In this document: in pieces, positions 8,643 to 18,245 of the stretch
How the letters are laid out: every line of letters starts with the position of its first letter
Position numbering within the stretch: position 1 is the stretch's first letter
From: Limisphaerales bacterium
Lineage (GTDB): Bacteria; Verrucomicrobiota; Verrucomicrobiia; Limisphaerales; AAA164-E04
Length of the DNA: 64,000 nucleotides
Assembly: GCA_965227305.1 (NCBI GenBank)
Contig: OZ245740.1
Coordinates: 2,515,371-2,579,370, forward strand
Direction: 5' to 3'
Notes under the pieces: model-generated
Database searches by the model: none
What the model was told of the DNA's origin: nothing
Seen by the model: the letters and a program-made list of their open reading frames with translations, nothing else
Program-made: the position numbers and the translations under genes

Positions 8643-11600
8643 CTATGGAATACTTTGGCCCAGCGCCGCTCCACCTTCACGAATCACGACATAGCCATCG
8701 TCTCCGGCCGAGGCGAGATCCATTCCATCTGGAGAAAACGCCACTTCGACCACATAGCTCTCGTGCTCCTGAAAGAACCCCTTTGCCTCCATCTCCTCCA
8801 GATCCCAGAGTCGTAGCAGGTTATCCATACTACCGGACGCTAAGGTTTTTCCACTCGGCGAGAATTCAACGTCATAGACCCAACCGGTATGCGCTAAGAA
8901 CTGAGCTCTTTCCACAAACGATTCCGTATCCCAGATCTTGATTTTCGAATCAAACCCGCCCGTAGCGAGAAGACGGCCGTCTCCGGAAATGGCCATCGAC
9001 ATGATCGTCTTGTCATGCACCCCCACCAAGCCTCCTCGATCCCGAATTTCAACGCCGCCTGACGAAATCTGCATTCGCCACCAGCGCAGATCTCCCGCCG
9101 CGTTACCGGCAACCAACAAATAATACGGCGATGCATCAGGCCCATTATCAGCGATCCGTTTCAACACCAACCGGCTCATTCCCTCACCCGGATCCCGAGC
9201 CCGCCATAACTCCGTTCCTGCCGCCAGATCAATGAGACGCAAGGGCAGTTCTCGAGACTTCACCGCTGCCACGGCCAACTCTTCATCGAAAGCAAATGGT
9301 CCCAATGGATCCCCTTGCTGACCCTGCCAGACCAGTTCCGATTCAGAACTCTCACTCGGGCGCCAGCGGTATACCCCGTTGAAACCTCCCCCAGCCAGTG
9401 ACTGCCCATCGGCACTGTAACGAAAATCGTAAATCACTTCCGGTGCCTCCAGCCGTTGCCGCAGTTCCCGGGTCGATTTATCAAACACCTCCAATGCCGT
9501 CTTCCCATCCAGCGCAATAAGACACACCGCCAGCGAGGCTCCATCCGGAGAGAAACTAAGATGGGAGCTCTCGCCAAACCCAGTGCGAAACCCACCGGGA
9601 CGGCCTAGCTCAGTCGTGTCCCAGAACTTGATTTTCCCTTCAACGCCCGAGGTGATCAACCACTTCTCGTCCGCCGTCAAGGTCATGCCCGTAACGGCTC
9701 GCGAGTGTCCTGGGACCGGATCCGTGAGTGCCCCGGTCATGAGATCCAGGACCCGAATGGTATTCTTCTCATCGGCGATATACAAACGGTCCCCGGTCGT
9801 ATTGAGACATATCGGCGCCATCGATGAAACTGCGTCTCTAACCAAGGGACCGTTGTCATCCTGCCGCAATTTCCCAGTCGTGGTTTCGAACACCTTCACT
9901 TTGCTATCCGTCGCACCCGCCGTAATGACCGAGTCACCGTCAGGACTCAACACGAATGCGCCAATATCGAGAACACGTTGCCCATCCCGGCTCAAATGGG
10001 GATGCCATCGAGCGACCAGATCACGGGTTTGGAAATCCCAAACCATGATTTCCTGATGACATGAGCCAACCACATAGCGCTGATCCGGCGTAAAAAACAC
10101 CCGTTGTACCCAGTGCGTTTCCGCAAAGGCAGGCTCCAGAATCTCATGTCCGTTGGACTCGGGATGCCAAACTCCCACCGCTCCGGCAATTCCTCCATGC
10201 ACGATCCATTCACCGTCTGGTGAGAATCTCGCCCACATCTCATGCGGATTCCCCGGGTAACGGTTCTCAATTTCACCCGCTGCGGAGAAAACCACCAAAT
10301 CCGTACAACTCGCCACCAAGCGTTGCAAATCCGGAGAAAACGTCAGGTCCCGCGTGAGATGCTCTCCACCGATCGGCTCCATCTTCAAAACGGTTCGGGT
10401 ATCGACATCCACCCAAATGAAATCGCTTCCATACCCGGCGGCCACCAGAAGGTTCCGTTCGGGGTCCAAAGCAATCTCATATACGCCCGCATCGAACGTT
10501 AGCGCCGGAACGGACCGAAACCGCGCGAGTTCTGCCTGTAGAAAATACCACTCGAACTCTCGCCGATCCACACCGTCCGCGGCAGCGGCATCTGGCCCAT
10601 GACGTGATATTAATTCGTCCACTCGCTGCAAATCCGTCTGCTCACGCGCCTGCAAAGCCGCCGTCATATCCGCAATATACAGGCGCTGATTCAACGACTC
10701 GTTGGAAGCCGCCAAGTCATCGGCATACTCTGCCAAGAGGAGCACGCCTATAACAACCAGACCCAAGACGCCAACTATTCCGAAACAGAGCGATCGATGC
10801 CGTCCAACAAACTTACGAGCGAAATACCCCCAACCAGCCCGCCTAGCCAACACGGGTCGTTGCTCCAAATAAGCCATAATGTCCCCCCTCAACGCTTCCG
10901 CAGATGGGTATCGCAAGTCCCGATCTTTCTCGATCGCCTTCATAACAATGGCATCCACGTCGGCATCCAGCCGATCCGCAAACCCACTCGCCGCGGTTCC
11001 GCTCCCAACATTCGAATCCCGTTTCAAAGACCGCAAACGCCGTGAGGGAACCACCGGCACACGCTCAGAGAGCATCCGCAGCATCCCTGCATATCCATCC
11101 GCCATCAGCATCTCTTGATCAAACGGTAATGCCCCGGTTACCAGCTCGTACAGGATTGTACCCAAGGAATAAACATCTGCTCGGGTGTCCACATCCCCAC
11201 GCGCGATATCCGCCTGTTCCGGACTCATATAAGCAGGAGTTCCCAACAACTGACTCTCCATCGTCAGCGCTGCGTCTCCGGAACGCGACTCAATCGCCTT
11301 GGCGATACCAAAATCAATAATCTTAGGGATGAGCCGGCCATCCGTCTCCACAACGAGAATATTGCTGGGCTTCAAATCCCGGTGCACCACCCCTTTCTGA
11401 TGCGCGTGCGTCACACCGCGGCAAACTTCCGCAAAAAGAGCCAAACGTGCCCTAAGATCCAAGGACCGACTCCGCACCACTTCCATCAGAGTCTCGCCTT
11501 GAATCAACTCCATGACGAAATAAGCGTCCCCCCGTGGGGTCACCCCAGCGTCGAACACTTTTGCGATCGAGGGATGGTTCAGCACGGCCAAGGTTTGCCG

Positions 11601-11966
11601 TTCCAACTCAAAACGCTTCAGGATCTGATCCGAACTCGTCGTCCCCTTAAGCACCTTGACCGCGACTTCTCGTTTCAGGGGTACTCGTTGAGTCCCTCGA
11701 TACACCCTTCCCATCCCGCCCTCGGCAATCAGTTCCAAATCTTCAATCCCCGGAACGTCCTCCGCAGCCAGCTCTCGGGTGGATCCCTCGGATTCCCCCA
11801 AGGCTCCCGGCGCAATGTCGGCACAAAATTGAGCAAAGGAATCCTTGAGTCGATCATCCGCATGGAACGCACCGCGCAGGAACGCCGCCCGCTCGGCACT
11901 GGTCGCCAGAGTCTCGGAATCGCGAATCAGTCGCTCAACGCGCGGCTTTTGAGAATCGTCCAACAT
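8643..11966 (-). CDS. Ser/Thr protein kinase with TM segment and C-terminal WD40 beta-propeller repeats
   Basis: The Hanks kinase motifs are VAVKVLK, HRDLKPSNILV, DFGIAK and GTPAYMSPEQ. A TM segment (FGIVGVLGLVVIGVLLLA) follows, then many WD-like repeats (e.g. SMDNLLRLWD, FDSKIKIWD, VEGKIKFWD). Its start lies 1 nt after the stop of the sigma gene at 11968..12726. Confidence 0.9.
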   Translation of the reverse strand: MLDDSQKPRVERLIRDSETLATSAERAAFLRGAFHADDRLKDSFAQFCADIAPGALGESEGSTRELAAEDVPGIEDLELIAEGGMGRVYRGTQRVPLKREVAVKVLKGTTSSDQILKRFELERQTLAVLNHPSIAKVFDAGVTPRGDAYFVMELIQGETLMEVVRSRSLDLRARLALFAEVCRGVTHAHQKGVVHRDLKPSNILVVETDGRLIPKIIDFGIAKAIESRSGDAALTMESQLLGTPAYMSPEQADIARGDVDTRADVYSLGTILYELVTGALPFDQEMLMADGYAGMLRMLSERVPVVPSRRLRSLKRDSNVGSGTAASGFADRLDADVDAIVMKAIEKDRDLRYPSAEALRGDIMAYLEQRPVLARRAGWGYFARKFVGRHRSLCFGIVGVLGLVVIGVLLLAEYADDLAASNESLNQRLYIADMTAALQAREQTDLQRVDELISRHGPDAAAADGVDRREFEWYFLQAELARFRSVPALTFDAGVYEIALDPERNLLVAAGYGSDFIWVDVDTRTVLKMEPIGGEHLTRDLTFSPDLQRLVASCTDLVVFSAAGEIENRYPGNPHEMWARFSPDGEWIVHGGIAGAVGVWHPESNGHEILEPAFAETHWVQRVFFTPDQRYVVGSCHQEIMVWDFQTRDLVARWHPHLSRDGQRVLDIGAFVLSPDGDSVITAGATDSKVKVFETTTGKLRQDDNGPLVRDAVSSMAPICLNTTGDRLYIADEKNTIRVLDLMTGALTDPVPGHSRAVTGMTLTADEKWLITSGVEGKIKFWDTTELGRPGGFRTGFGESSHLSFSPDGASLAVCLIALDGKTALEVFDKSTRELRQRLEAPEVIYDFRYSADGQSLAGGGFNGVYRWRPSESSESELVWQGQQGDPLGPFAFDEELAVAAVKSRELPLRLIDLAAGTELWRARDPGEGMSRLVLKRIADNGPDASPYYLLVAGNAAGDLRWWRMQISSGGVEIRDRGGLVGVHDKTIMSMAISGDGRLLATGGFDSKIKIWDTESFVERAQFLAHTGWVYDVEFSPSGKTLASGSMDNLLRLWDLEEMEAKGFFQEHESYVVEVAFSPDGMDLASAGDDGYVVIREGGAALGQSIP

Positions 11967-11967
11967 G

Positions 11968-12726
11968 TTATCCCACTACGATCCCAAGAAGATAGCGAAT
12001 CTCTCCGTCTAGATCGTTGCTACTAGGTGAGTGCATGGTATTCGAAACCACATTCCGCAAGGCTCGCGGAAAGTGATTCTCACGAAACCGTTTCACTTCC
12101 GACTTCAAGGTATTTTCGGAAATTCCCAAATCTTCCGCGACGAGTGCGTATTTCCGGCGTTGTTGCGAGTGGCCCGGAAGAGTCGACTTCAGAAACTCGA
12201 ACAGTGTCCGCTTGTCATTGGATTCATAGTGTTCCTTCACTTCCTCCAAAGCCCGCCCAAAGGTTGTCAACGCCCAGCTCCGATCAAAAGTTTCCTCTTC
12301 GCTGATCCCATCCACCTCAGCGACCAAGAAGTCCGATTCCGCACCATCGAAATCCAACCGAAGCACCGCCGCCCCACCGCCTCGTTTCTTCGCGGTTCGG
12401 GCCTTCCACTCATTGATTCTAAAACGTTCCAAGGCACATTTCAGAAAGCCACGAAAGGATTTGGTCTCGTCCCAGATAGGCCGCGCCAAGAAATCTTTCT
12501 CGATCAGCCTCTCAAAGAATCCTTGTACCAGATCCTGGGCATCCGCGGGTTGGGCGACCTTTCGCCGAGCAAAATAATACAACGGCCGCCAATAGACCCG
12601 ACAGAGATTCTCCAAAGCTTCCTGCCGCTTTTCATCATCAACGTCACCCGCCGCTAAGACGACCGTCCACTGGGTCGACGGAAAGCAGTCCGAATTCGGG
12701 ATTTCTTCCCCTTTCCTTGTTGCCAT
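11968..12726 (-). CDS. ECF-type sigma-70 family factor, kinase-associated subgroup
   Basis: The N-terminal TQWTVVLAA motif and the YWRPLYYFARRK region-2-like segment are present. The C-terminal HTH-like segment is YALVAEDLGISENTLKSEVKRFR. The gene is translationally adjacent to the STK-WD40 gene. Confidence 0.8.
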   Translation of the reverse strand: MATRKGEEIPNSDCFPSTQWTVVLAAGDVDDEKRQEALENLCRVYWRPLYYFARRKVAQPADAQDLVQGFFERLIEKDFLARPIWDETKSFRGFLKCALERFRINEWKARTAKKRGGGAAVLRLDFDGAESDFLVAEVDGISEEETFDRSWALTTFGRALEEVKEHYESNDKRTLFEFLKSTLPGHSQQRRKYALVAEDLGISENTLKSEVKRFRENHFPRALRNVVSNTMHSPSSNDLDGEIRYLLGIVVG

Positions 12727-12986
12727 GGTAAGGGCAAAAAATTAGTTCTCAACGCTCCGTTTTGTCAAACCGATTGAGTGGATCAGAAACAGAGATTCAA
12801 CGACACAACCGGGAAACGAGTTCCGAAATTGGGGACAAACATTCGCCAGTGACTCTGAGGCAGGTGAAGGCGAAGGTGTCGCTCTTGCAAGCCATTCTGC
12901 CCGCATTCTTATTCATCGAAACCAGCAAATCCTCGCTGCAATATCTTGCTTGAGTTCACCGCACATCGGCGCCAATCTCAATACCG

Positions 12987-15128
12987 ATGAATTTTAGTCG
13001 TCGTTCCATCCTTGTATCCTTATTCGCCGGCACTCTCGCCTGCCACGCACAGTCGATCACGCCTATCTGGGAGAACCTGATCACAAAGCCCGATCCTTCC
13101 ATTCCGATCCTAAAAGGCACCGCCCTACCGAGCCTAGGGGACGACGTGTTCGATGGTACATCAGCGGCCGATAGCTATAGCGGCTTCAAACGCTACGACG
13201 AGACGCGACTCCTGCTCGCTGTCCGCGAAAACGGGATTAACGAAGATGATCCAACTCATGACAGCGATCTCGCCACGGCCTACCCTGACCGATCTCTCAT
13301 ATGGATCGATCCAGCGACCGGCGCGTCGCTCGGAGTCGCCCTCGTGGTCGGACACACGCCCGTGGCATTGGATCAAGACTTTCTCGACGCAAACGGAACG
13401 GAGCTCGATTTCTACTTCAGCTTCGGCGTGGCCGACGATGGGGTCGTCTATGTTGGCTACAAGAACAAGATTCTGCGCTACGCTCCGGATGACTCCAACG
13501 GCTTCTCCGCCCCCACCGTAGCCTACACCCGAGCCGACGACGAATCCGCCAATTGGTTCCAATGGCGCTGGGACAACTTCCGAATCACCGGCGCGGGCGC
13601 GGATACCGTCATCTTTGCTGGCGGCAAGACTTGGCGTCCAAATCAGGGCTATTATCAATTCACCACGAGCGACGGCATGACCTTCGACCACGTCGCGGAT
13701 CCTTCCACGGTCACCGTCCCGAATGGTTTCGGCAACGCTTCGGGTGGTGCGAGTGACATCGTGGCCGCGATCGATCCCGAATTCCCCGGTGACGTCTGGG
13801 TCTATGTCTCAAGCTACCCGGGCAGCAGCAGAGGCGATGATACCACGTTCTATCGCTTTATTGGCTTCCCCCCCTTTGACGAATCCTTCACCAAAGATGA
13901 TACCTTCAACGCAGTTAAAAACGGCAACGCGCCGTTGACGGCATACCGCACCGAATTCATCACCGACATCGACGCCCATCCCGACCTGGACTACGTGGTC
14001 GCCTACTCAACTCCCAGTTGGAACAGCCGAGCGATCGAACGCGGAACGCGTTCCCCCGGTTGGTTGGCTATCCACGGAGTGGACGGTGCCGTTCGCTCCG
14101 TTTACTTGCTGGATGTCACCGAGGACGACGAAGTAGTGCCGGATGATTCCGGGACACCCAATCGGGCTCCGGCGACCGCACTCTTGGGCAGCGTTGAAAT
14201 CAACATCCGAGGAACCCGTGATGACGGGAGCGATGATATCGAGCTTCTCTGGTTCAGTGGCATCTACGGCTTTGGCCGTTACCAAATTGAGCGAACCCTC
14301 TTTGACGAAGTCGGTGTCGTCTACTTCCACTTTGACAATGGCCTGACGGACGCCAACGGCAATTTCACTCTCAACCCCGGACTGGAAGACGATCCCGAGG
14401 CAGGCTCCCTGCCACTCCTTTCGGATGCGGGGAGTTCCGGCGGAGAAAAGGATCTCGCAGCGACCTTTGACGGTTCTCAAGTCACACACATCCTCGACGG
14501 TGCGGGTGCCTTGCAACTCGCGGACACCGACTACACTTTGGAAGCTTGGGTGCGGTTGGACGGCCCCTTACCCAGCCGACGAATCGTCTTCGGCTACGGG
14601 ATCCCGGGCGGTTACTCCCTATCCGTCACTCCCGAAAACACCCTGTTTACGACCACCTACGGAATCGCCGACATTCCTTCCTCAGCCGCCATACCCGATG
14701 ACGGCGCTTGGCATCACGTCGCCGTCGTTCATGACAACCAGAGCGAGGTGAGATTCTACATTGACGGTGAGTTGGGCGATACGGTCACCTACACGCAAGG
14801 CGTCAATTCGACCGACAATCAAACCTTCTACGTCGGCAACGAAATCAACGGCGTCAACCCCTGGATCGGTGGAATCGACCGGATTCGAATCTCACGTGCC
14901 GCTCTCACCGTCGATCAGTTCGACCTAGGCGCGAGTTCCCCCCCGGAACCTGCCGTCCTCGCAATTGCCACAAATCCGGACGGGAGCCTGACGGTCAGTT
15001 GGGAAGGAAGTGGGACACTCCAATCCAGCGAACAGCTCACCGGTCCTTGGAACGATGTGGCAGACGCAAGCAACCCGACGACAATCCAAGCAACGGAGGA
15101 CCAACGTTTCTACCGCTTGCGAGAATAG
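12987..15128 (+). CDS. Secreted protein with LamG/concanavalin-A-like lectin domain
   Basis: The signal peptide is MNFSRRSILVSLFAGTLACHAQS. The LamG_3-like segment reads YTLEAWVRLDG...WHHVAVVHDNQSEVRFYIDGELG...NPWIGGIDRIRIS. The C-terminal beta-sandwich tail ends in ...QRFYRLRE. Confidence 0.8.
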   Translation: MNFSRRSILVSLFAGTLACHAQSITPIWENLITKPDPSIPILKGTALPSLGDDVFDGTSAADSYSGFKRYDETRLLLAVRENGINEDDPTHDSDLATAYPDRSLIWIDPATGASLGVALVVGHTPVALDQDFLDANGTELDFYFSFGVADDGVVYVGYKNKILRYAPDDSNGFSAPTVAYTRADDESANWFQWRWDNFRITGAGADTVIFAGGKTWRPNQGYYQFTTSDGMTFDHVADPSTVTVPNGFGNASGGASDIVAAIDPEFPGDVWVYVSSYPGSSRGDDTTFYRFIGFPPFDESFTKDDTFNAVKNGNAPLTAYRTEFITDIDAHPDLDYVVAYSTPSWNSRAIERGTRSPGWLAIHGVDGAVRSVYLLDVTEDDEVVPDDSGTPNRAPATALLGSVEINIRGTRDDGSDDIELLWFSGIYGFGRYQIERTLFDEVGVVYFHFDNGLTDANGNFTLNPGLEDDPEAGSLPLLSDAGSSGGEKDLAATFDGSQVTHILDGAGALQLADTDYTLEAWVRLDGPLPSRRIVFGYGIPGGYSLSVTPENTLFTTTYGIADIPSSAAIPDDGAWHHVAVVHDNQSEVRFYIDGELGDTVTYTQGVNSTDNQTFYVGNEINGVNPWIGGIDRIRISRAALTVDQFDLGASSPPEPAVLAIATNPDGSLTVSWEGSGTLQSSEQLTGPWNDVADASNPTTIQATEDQRFYRLRE

Positions 15129-15298
15129 TTCCAAGTTCGTTGGAAACCCGCGCGTTGAAATCGACGCGCCATTGCCTAAAAGCGTGAGTTCGATCGGAGC
15201 GATGCCGCGATCGAGCCACGCGTGGCTACGCGCGAACCGGGAGAGGTTTTCGCAGCACTCGATCCCAATTCACGGAACGACAGCGTCACAACGGCGTG

Positions 15299-15898
15299 TT
15301 AGCGAACGGATTCATAAGGTTCTTCCACCGTTGCATGGCCGATCAGCAGCTTCACGAACAGGACTGGAACCAACCACTCCAAGCCGGGCGTAGGGTTGAA
15401 GAGGCTTAATGCGAGAATCGTACCAAGGCACGTCATGCTGACGGCAACACACCGCTGGATTTGAATGGGCGATCGGCTCACGGCAAACGCTCCCAACATC
15501 AACCACGCACTCATCGCAACGAACCAGACGACGTCGCCACCGCGAAAGACAAACGCGACCAGCGCCAAGTGAACGACATGTACGCCAATAAACCCCAGGT
15601 GATGTCGAGCGGTTTGTCCCGGCCGATGATACCAACGTTTGGCACTTCCCGTAGCCAAGGTCGCCGCGCCTCCAGCGATATCGAAAGCCAGCACGAGCGC
15701 CAAACCCCATTGTACGGTATTCCATTCTAAGTCGCCGACGCCACCGATTACGGCAACGGCTAAGGCTGCCAACAGAGCCACCCCAAACGGGACCCACTGT
15801 TCGGCACTGCTGGCACCCGGTCCTACAAAGCGGTCCCACTGTCCGGACCAACCGCTCCGCGGAGATGGATACTCCCAATTGGAATGCCTCATTGTCAT
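15299..15898 (-). CDS. Integral membrane protein of unknown function
   Basis: It has five to six hydrophobic segments (VALLAALAVAVIGGV, LALVLAFDIAGGAATLA, VVHLALVAFVF, FVAMSAWLMLGAFAV, CLGTILALSLF). An ATGA start/stop overlap links it to the upstream SDR gene. The alternative-frame ORF 15312..15932 was rejected. Confidence 0.6.
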   Translation of the reverse strand: MTMRHSNWEYPSPRSGWSGQWDRFVGPGASSAEQWVPFGVALLAALAVAVIGGVGDLEWNTVQWGLALVLAFDIAGGAATLATGSAKRWYHRPGQTARHHLGFIGVHVVHLALVAFVFRGGDVVWFVAMSAWLMLGAFAVSRSPIQIQRCVAVSMTCLGTILALSLFNPTPGLEWLVPVLFVKLLIGHATVEEPYESVR

Positions 15899-16779
15899 GA
15901 TAGGCTCGCCCCGGATTGCATGAGCGAATCAAAGAATCCCGCTAATCGCCGCTCGCCGGAAGCAGGAGCTACATAATCCGAGCCCATCACCGTCAGAAAG
16001 AACTCGACCGGACCATGAATTCGAACAGGCGTGACGGATCGGACCAAGCCAATGACCAGACGGCGAACCCAATCGGGTAGATGCGTCACTCGTGAGGGTT
16101 TGCCACACGCCTTCAACGCGAGTCGGGCGATTTCCTCCTGACTCAGCACGTCGGGTCCGCCCACCTCGATTTCGGTCACCTCGCGTTGAATCGCATCCAA
16201 GCAAACATTCGCTAGGTCCGCTCCATGGATCGGGTTGAGCCGCTGGCTTCCATCGCCAAAGAGATAAACCCGGCCTCGTTCCGCCATCTTTACGAAATCG
16301 CTCATATCAGAGAAGAAACCGTTAGGCCGCACGACGGTGTAGTCGATCCCACTCGCCCGCAGTTCATCGACAAAGCGCTCCTTAGCCTCGAAGATCTTCA
16401 AGTGACGCAGGGCGTCGCCCCGAAGTGCGGATACGTAGATAAACTTTCGAACTCCCGCTCGCAAGGCCTCGTCAAGCAGATTACGGTTCGCCTGGTAGTC
16501 TACATCCATGTAGGTGAGACCGTCCCGCTGCCGGGTAATCCCCACGGTACTCATCACCACGTCAATCCCCGTACAACAACCCGCAACCGAGGCTGGATCG
16601 GTCAGCTCCCGTGTTTCAATCGCCTCTGGAGCAAGGCCCGCCTGGAGCAGTTTTTCGGGGTGCCTCGCAACGGCGGAAAACCGCTGATTCCGAGCCATCG
16701 CTTCACGCACCAGGTACCCACCTAGGTAGCCAGTAGCCCCGGCGATCAGGAGCCGATCATTCGTATTTTTCGTTATCAT
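15895..16779 (-). CDS. NAD(P)-binding atypical SDR / NmrA-like oxidoreductase
   Basis: The Rossmann motif LIAGATGYLGGYLVRE lies at the N-terminus. The length and pattern are typical of NAD-dependent epimerase/NmrA-like proteins. Confidence 0.85.
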   Translation of the reverse strand: MITKNTNDRLLIAGATGYLGGYLVREAMARNQRFSAVARHPEKLLQAGLAPEAIETRELTDPASVAGCCTGIDVVMSTVGITRQRDGLTYMDVDYQANRNLLDEALRAGVRKFIYVSALRGDALRHLKIFEAKERFVDELRASGIDYTVVRPNGFFSDMSDFVKMAERGRVYLFGDGSQRLNPIHGADLANVCLDAIQREVTEIEVGGPDVLSQEEIARLALKACGKPSRVTHLPDWVRRLVIGLVRSVTPVRIHGPVEFFLTVMGSDYVAPASGERRLAGFFDSLMQSGASLS

Positions 16780-16792
16780 TTCGTTCCTTCTT

Positions 16793-16821
16793 TTATTAAC
16801 TGACCGTTCGGTAGATTATTA
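16793..16821. promoter_or_regulatory. Candidate TetR operator upstream of the SDR-membrane protein operon
   Basis: TTATTAACTGACCGTTCGGTAGATTATTA is a near-palindrome centred on ACCG-TT-CGGT, 14 nt upstream of the SDR start. It shares the ACCGAAC..GGTC core and AT-rich arms with the site at 17456. Confidence 0.35.
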
Positions 16822-16858
16822 TCCAGCCTGTCGATCCGGTTGGATTGACAGAAATTCG

Positions 16859-17443
16859 TTAAGAATTCAGCAGAAACCCCACGTTGCGACGCAACAAACT
16901 TTGAACGGGTTGGCCCGTCAGATGAGCAATCACAATGCACCCCTCAATCTGAGTCACCACGGCGGAACCCATGAGCTTGCAATTGGTCGTTTTCGCCAGT
17001 TCCCCGGATTGCACCCCTTGTTTCAGGATTGTCTCGAACAGACGCTGGTATCCGCTGAAAAAACCCGCAATCGCTTTCCGAATCGTGGCATCCCGTGAGG
17101 CGCGGGCAAAGCACTCCAGAAAAACGGGCTGAAGCCCGGCGGTCTTACTCAAGAACTTCCCCAGATGGTCCACGTAGTCGAGAATCCGCTCCAGGGCACC
17201 TCTTTCACGGGCCTCCGCTAGGGCCACCAAGTAGGGCTGATCCGAATCGAACAAGCGTTTGACCAAACCTTGAATGATGGCGTCCTTGCCCGGGAAATAA
17301 TGATAGATAGCCGCCTTGCTGAGCCCCGACGCTTCGGACAGCTCATTCATACCCGCCGCATCGATACCACGCCGACTAAACAACTCTGCTGCCGCATCAA
17401 GAATCTGCGGGATCCGCTTATGACTCACATCTGGTCTCGGCAC
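16859..17443 (-). CDS. TetR/AcrR family transcriptional regulator
   Basis: The N-terminal HTH reads ILDAAAELFSRRGIDAAGMNELSEASGLSKAAIYHYFPGKDAI. The start codon is GTG (cac at 17441-17443). Confidence 0.9.
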   Translation of the reverse strand: MPRPDVSHKRIPQILDAAAELFSRRGIDAAGMNELSEASGLSKAAIYHYFPGKDAIIQGLVKRLFDSDQPYLVALAEARERGALERILDYVDHLGKFLSKTAGLQPVFLECFARASRDATIRKAIAGFFSGYQRLFETILKQGVQSGELAKTTNCKLMGSAVVTQIEGCIVIAHLTGQPVQSLLRRNVGFLLNS

Positions 17444-17455
17444 CCCATATTAATA

Positions 17456-17469
17456 ACCGAACAGTCGGT
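17456..17469. promoter_or_regulatory. Candidate TetR operator upstream of the TetR gene
   Basis: ACCGAACAGTCGGT is an ACCGA / TCGGT inverted repeat, preceded by TATTAATA and 13 nt upstream of the TetR start. Confidence 0.3.
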
Positions 17470-17767
17470 CGATTTACAAGGAAATGTTTTCGTTCTCGAT
17501 CAAATCATCCCCCCTAAGGGCTTTGATTTAGTCCCGGACAATCTCCTCACTCATTCTCGCCCTGCTTCGCTTCCCTATCCGCAAGAAGCTTGTCTCGCGC
17601 TGCCTTGGCCGCTCTTGAAAACAATGGGGTTGTCTCACCCGAGAGCATGTCCAGAAGACTTTGACCTACTTCGCCTTCGCCAACCGCCCCATCTCGTAAA
17701 ACATCCAACACAGCCACCTCTGGATCCAAACGTCAGAAGCAGAGCGTCAAAAGGGCCACCGGCTTAT

Positions 17768-17785
17768 CTTCTATTTTTATAGAAG
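17768..17785. promoter_or_regulatory. Palindromic operator 1 upstream of the BlaI-like repressor gene
   Basis: CTTCTATTTTTATAGAAG is a perfect 18-bp palindrome (TTCTAT-N4-ATAGAA). Confidence 0.5.
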
Positions 17786-17820
17786 CTTCATTCTTGACCG
17801 CCTCCAGTCTTCGCCTTACC

Positions 17821-17836
17821 TTCTATAAAAATAGAA
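17821..17836. promoter_or_regulatory. Palindromic operator 2 upstream of the BlaI-like repressor gene
   Basis: TTCTATAAAAATAGAA has the same TTCTAT-N4-ATAGAA half-sites and ends 4 nt before the ATG at 17841. A TTGACC hexamer lies at 17794-17799, between the two palindromes. Confidence 0.5.
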
Positions 17837-17840
17837 ACAC

Positions 17841-18245
17841 ATGGCGCGCAGGAAATCCAAACACCCCACTGAACTGGAACTACTGATCCTCCAAGTCCTC
17901 TGGGATCGTAGTCCGCTCCCCGTAAGAGAGGTTCGGGTAGCGCTCGAAGAACGCGACCGTCCACTCGCCCATACGAGTCTAATAACCACGCTCAATGTCA
18001 TGGTCGACAAGGGCTACGTCGCCCGAAAACCTGCTGGGCGCGGCTATGAATTCTCACCTTCGGTGACCCGCGACGAAGTCTCACAAGGGATGGTTGGGGA
18101 CCTTGTTGAACGGCTCTTCGAGGGATCATCCAAATCCCTGCTACTAAGTTTGCTCGATCATCAACACCTCAGCGCAGCCGAACGAGACGAACTCGCAGCC
18201 GCTATCGCAAACCACAAAAAGGAACATTCGAAAAATGACAAGTGA
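17841..18245 (+). CDS. BlaI/MecI/CopY family winged-helix repressor
   Basis: The penicillinase-repressor fold pattern is TELELLILQVLWDRSPLPVREVRVALEE...TSLITTLNVMVDKGYVARKP. The gene overlaps the downstream M56 peptidase gene by 11 nt. Confidence 0.9.
   Translation: MARRKSKHPTELELLILQVLWDRSPLPVREVRVALEERDRPLAHTSLITTLNVMVDKGYVARKPAGRGYEFSPSVTRDEVSQGMVGDLVERLFEGSSKSLLLSLLDHQHLSAAERDELAAAIANHKKEHSKNDK

Noticed and set aside
15312-15932. The alternative-frame 206-aa ORF overlapping 15299..15898
   Set aside because: Its translation is Arg/Cys/Gly-rich with no TM or domain signature. The other frame gives a coherent multi-TM protein with an ATGA overlap to the upstream gene.
17547-17729. The 60-aa minus-strand ORF in the TetR/BlaI intergenic region
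   Set aside because: It has no motif, and no ribosome-binding site or conservation information is available. It lies in a divergent regulatory region.
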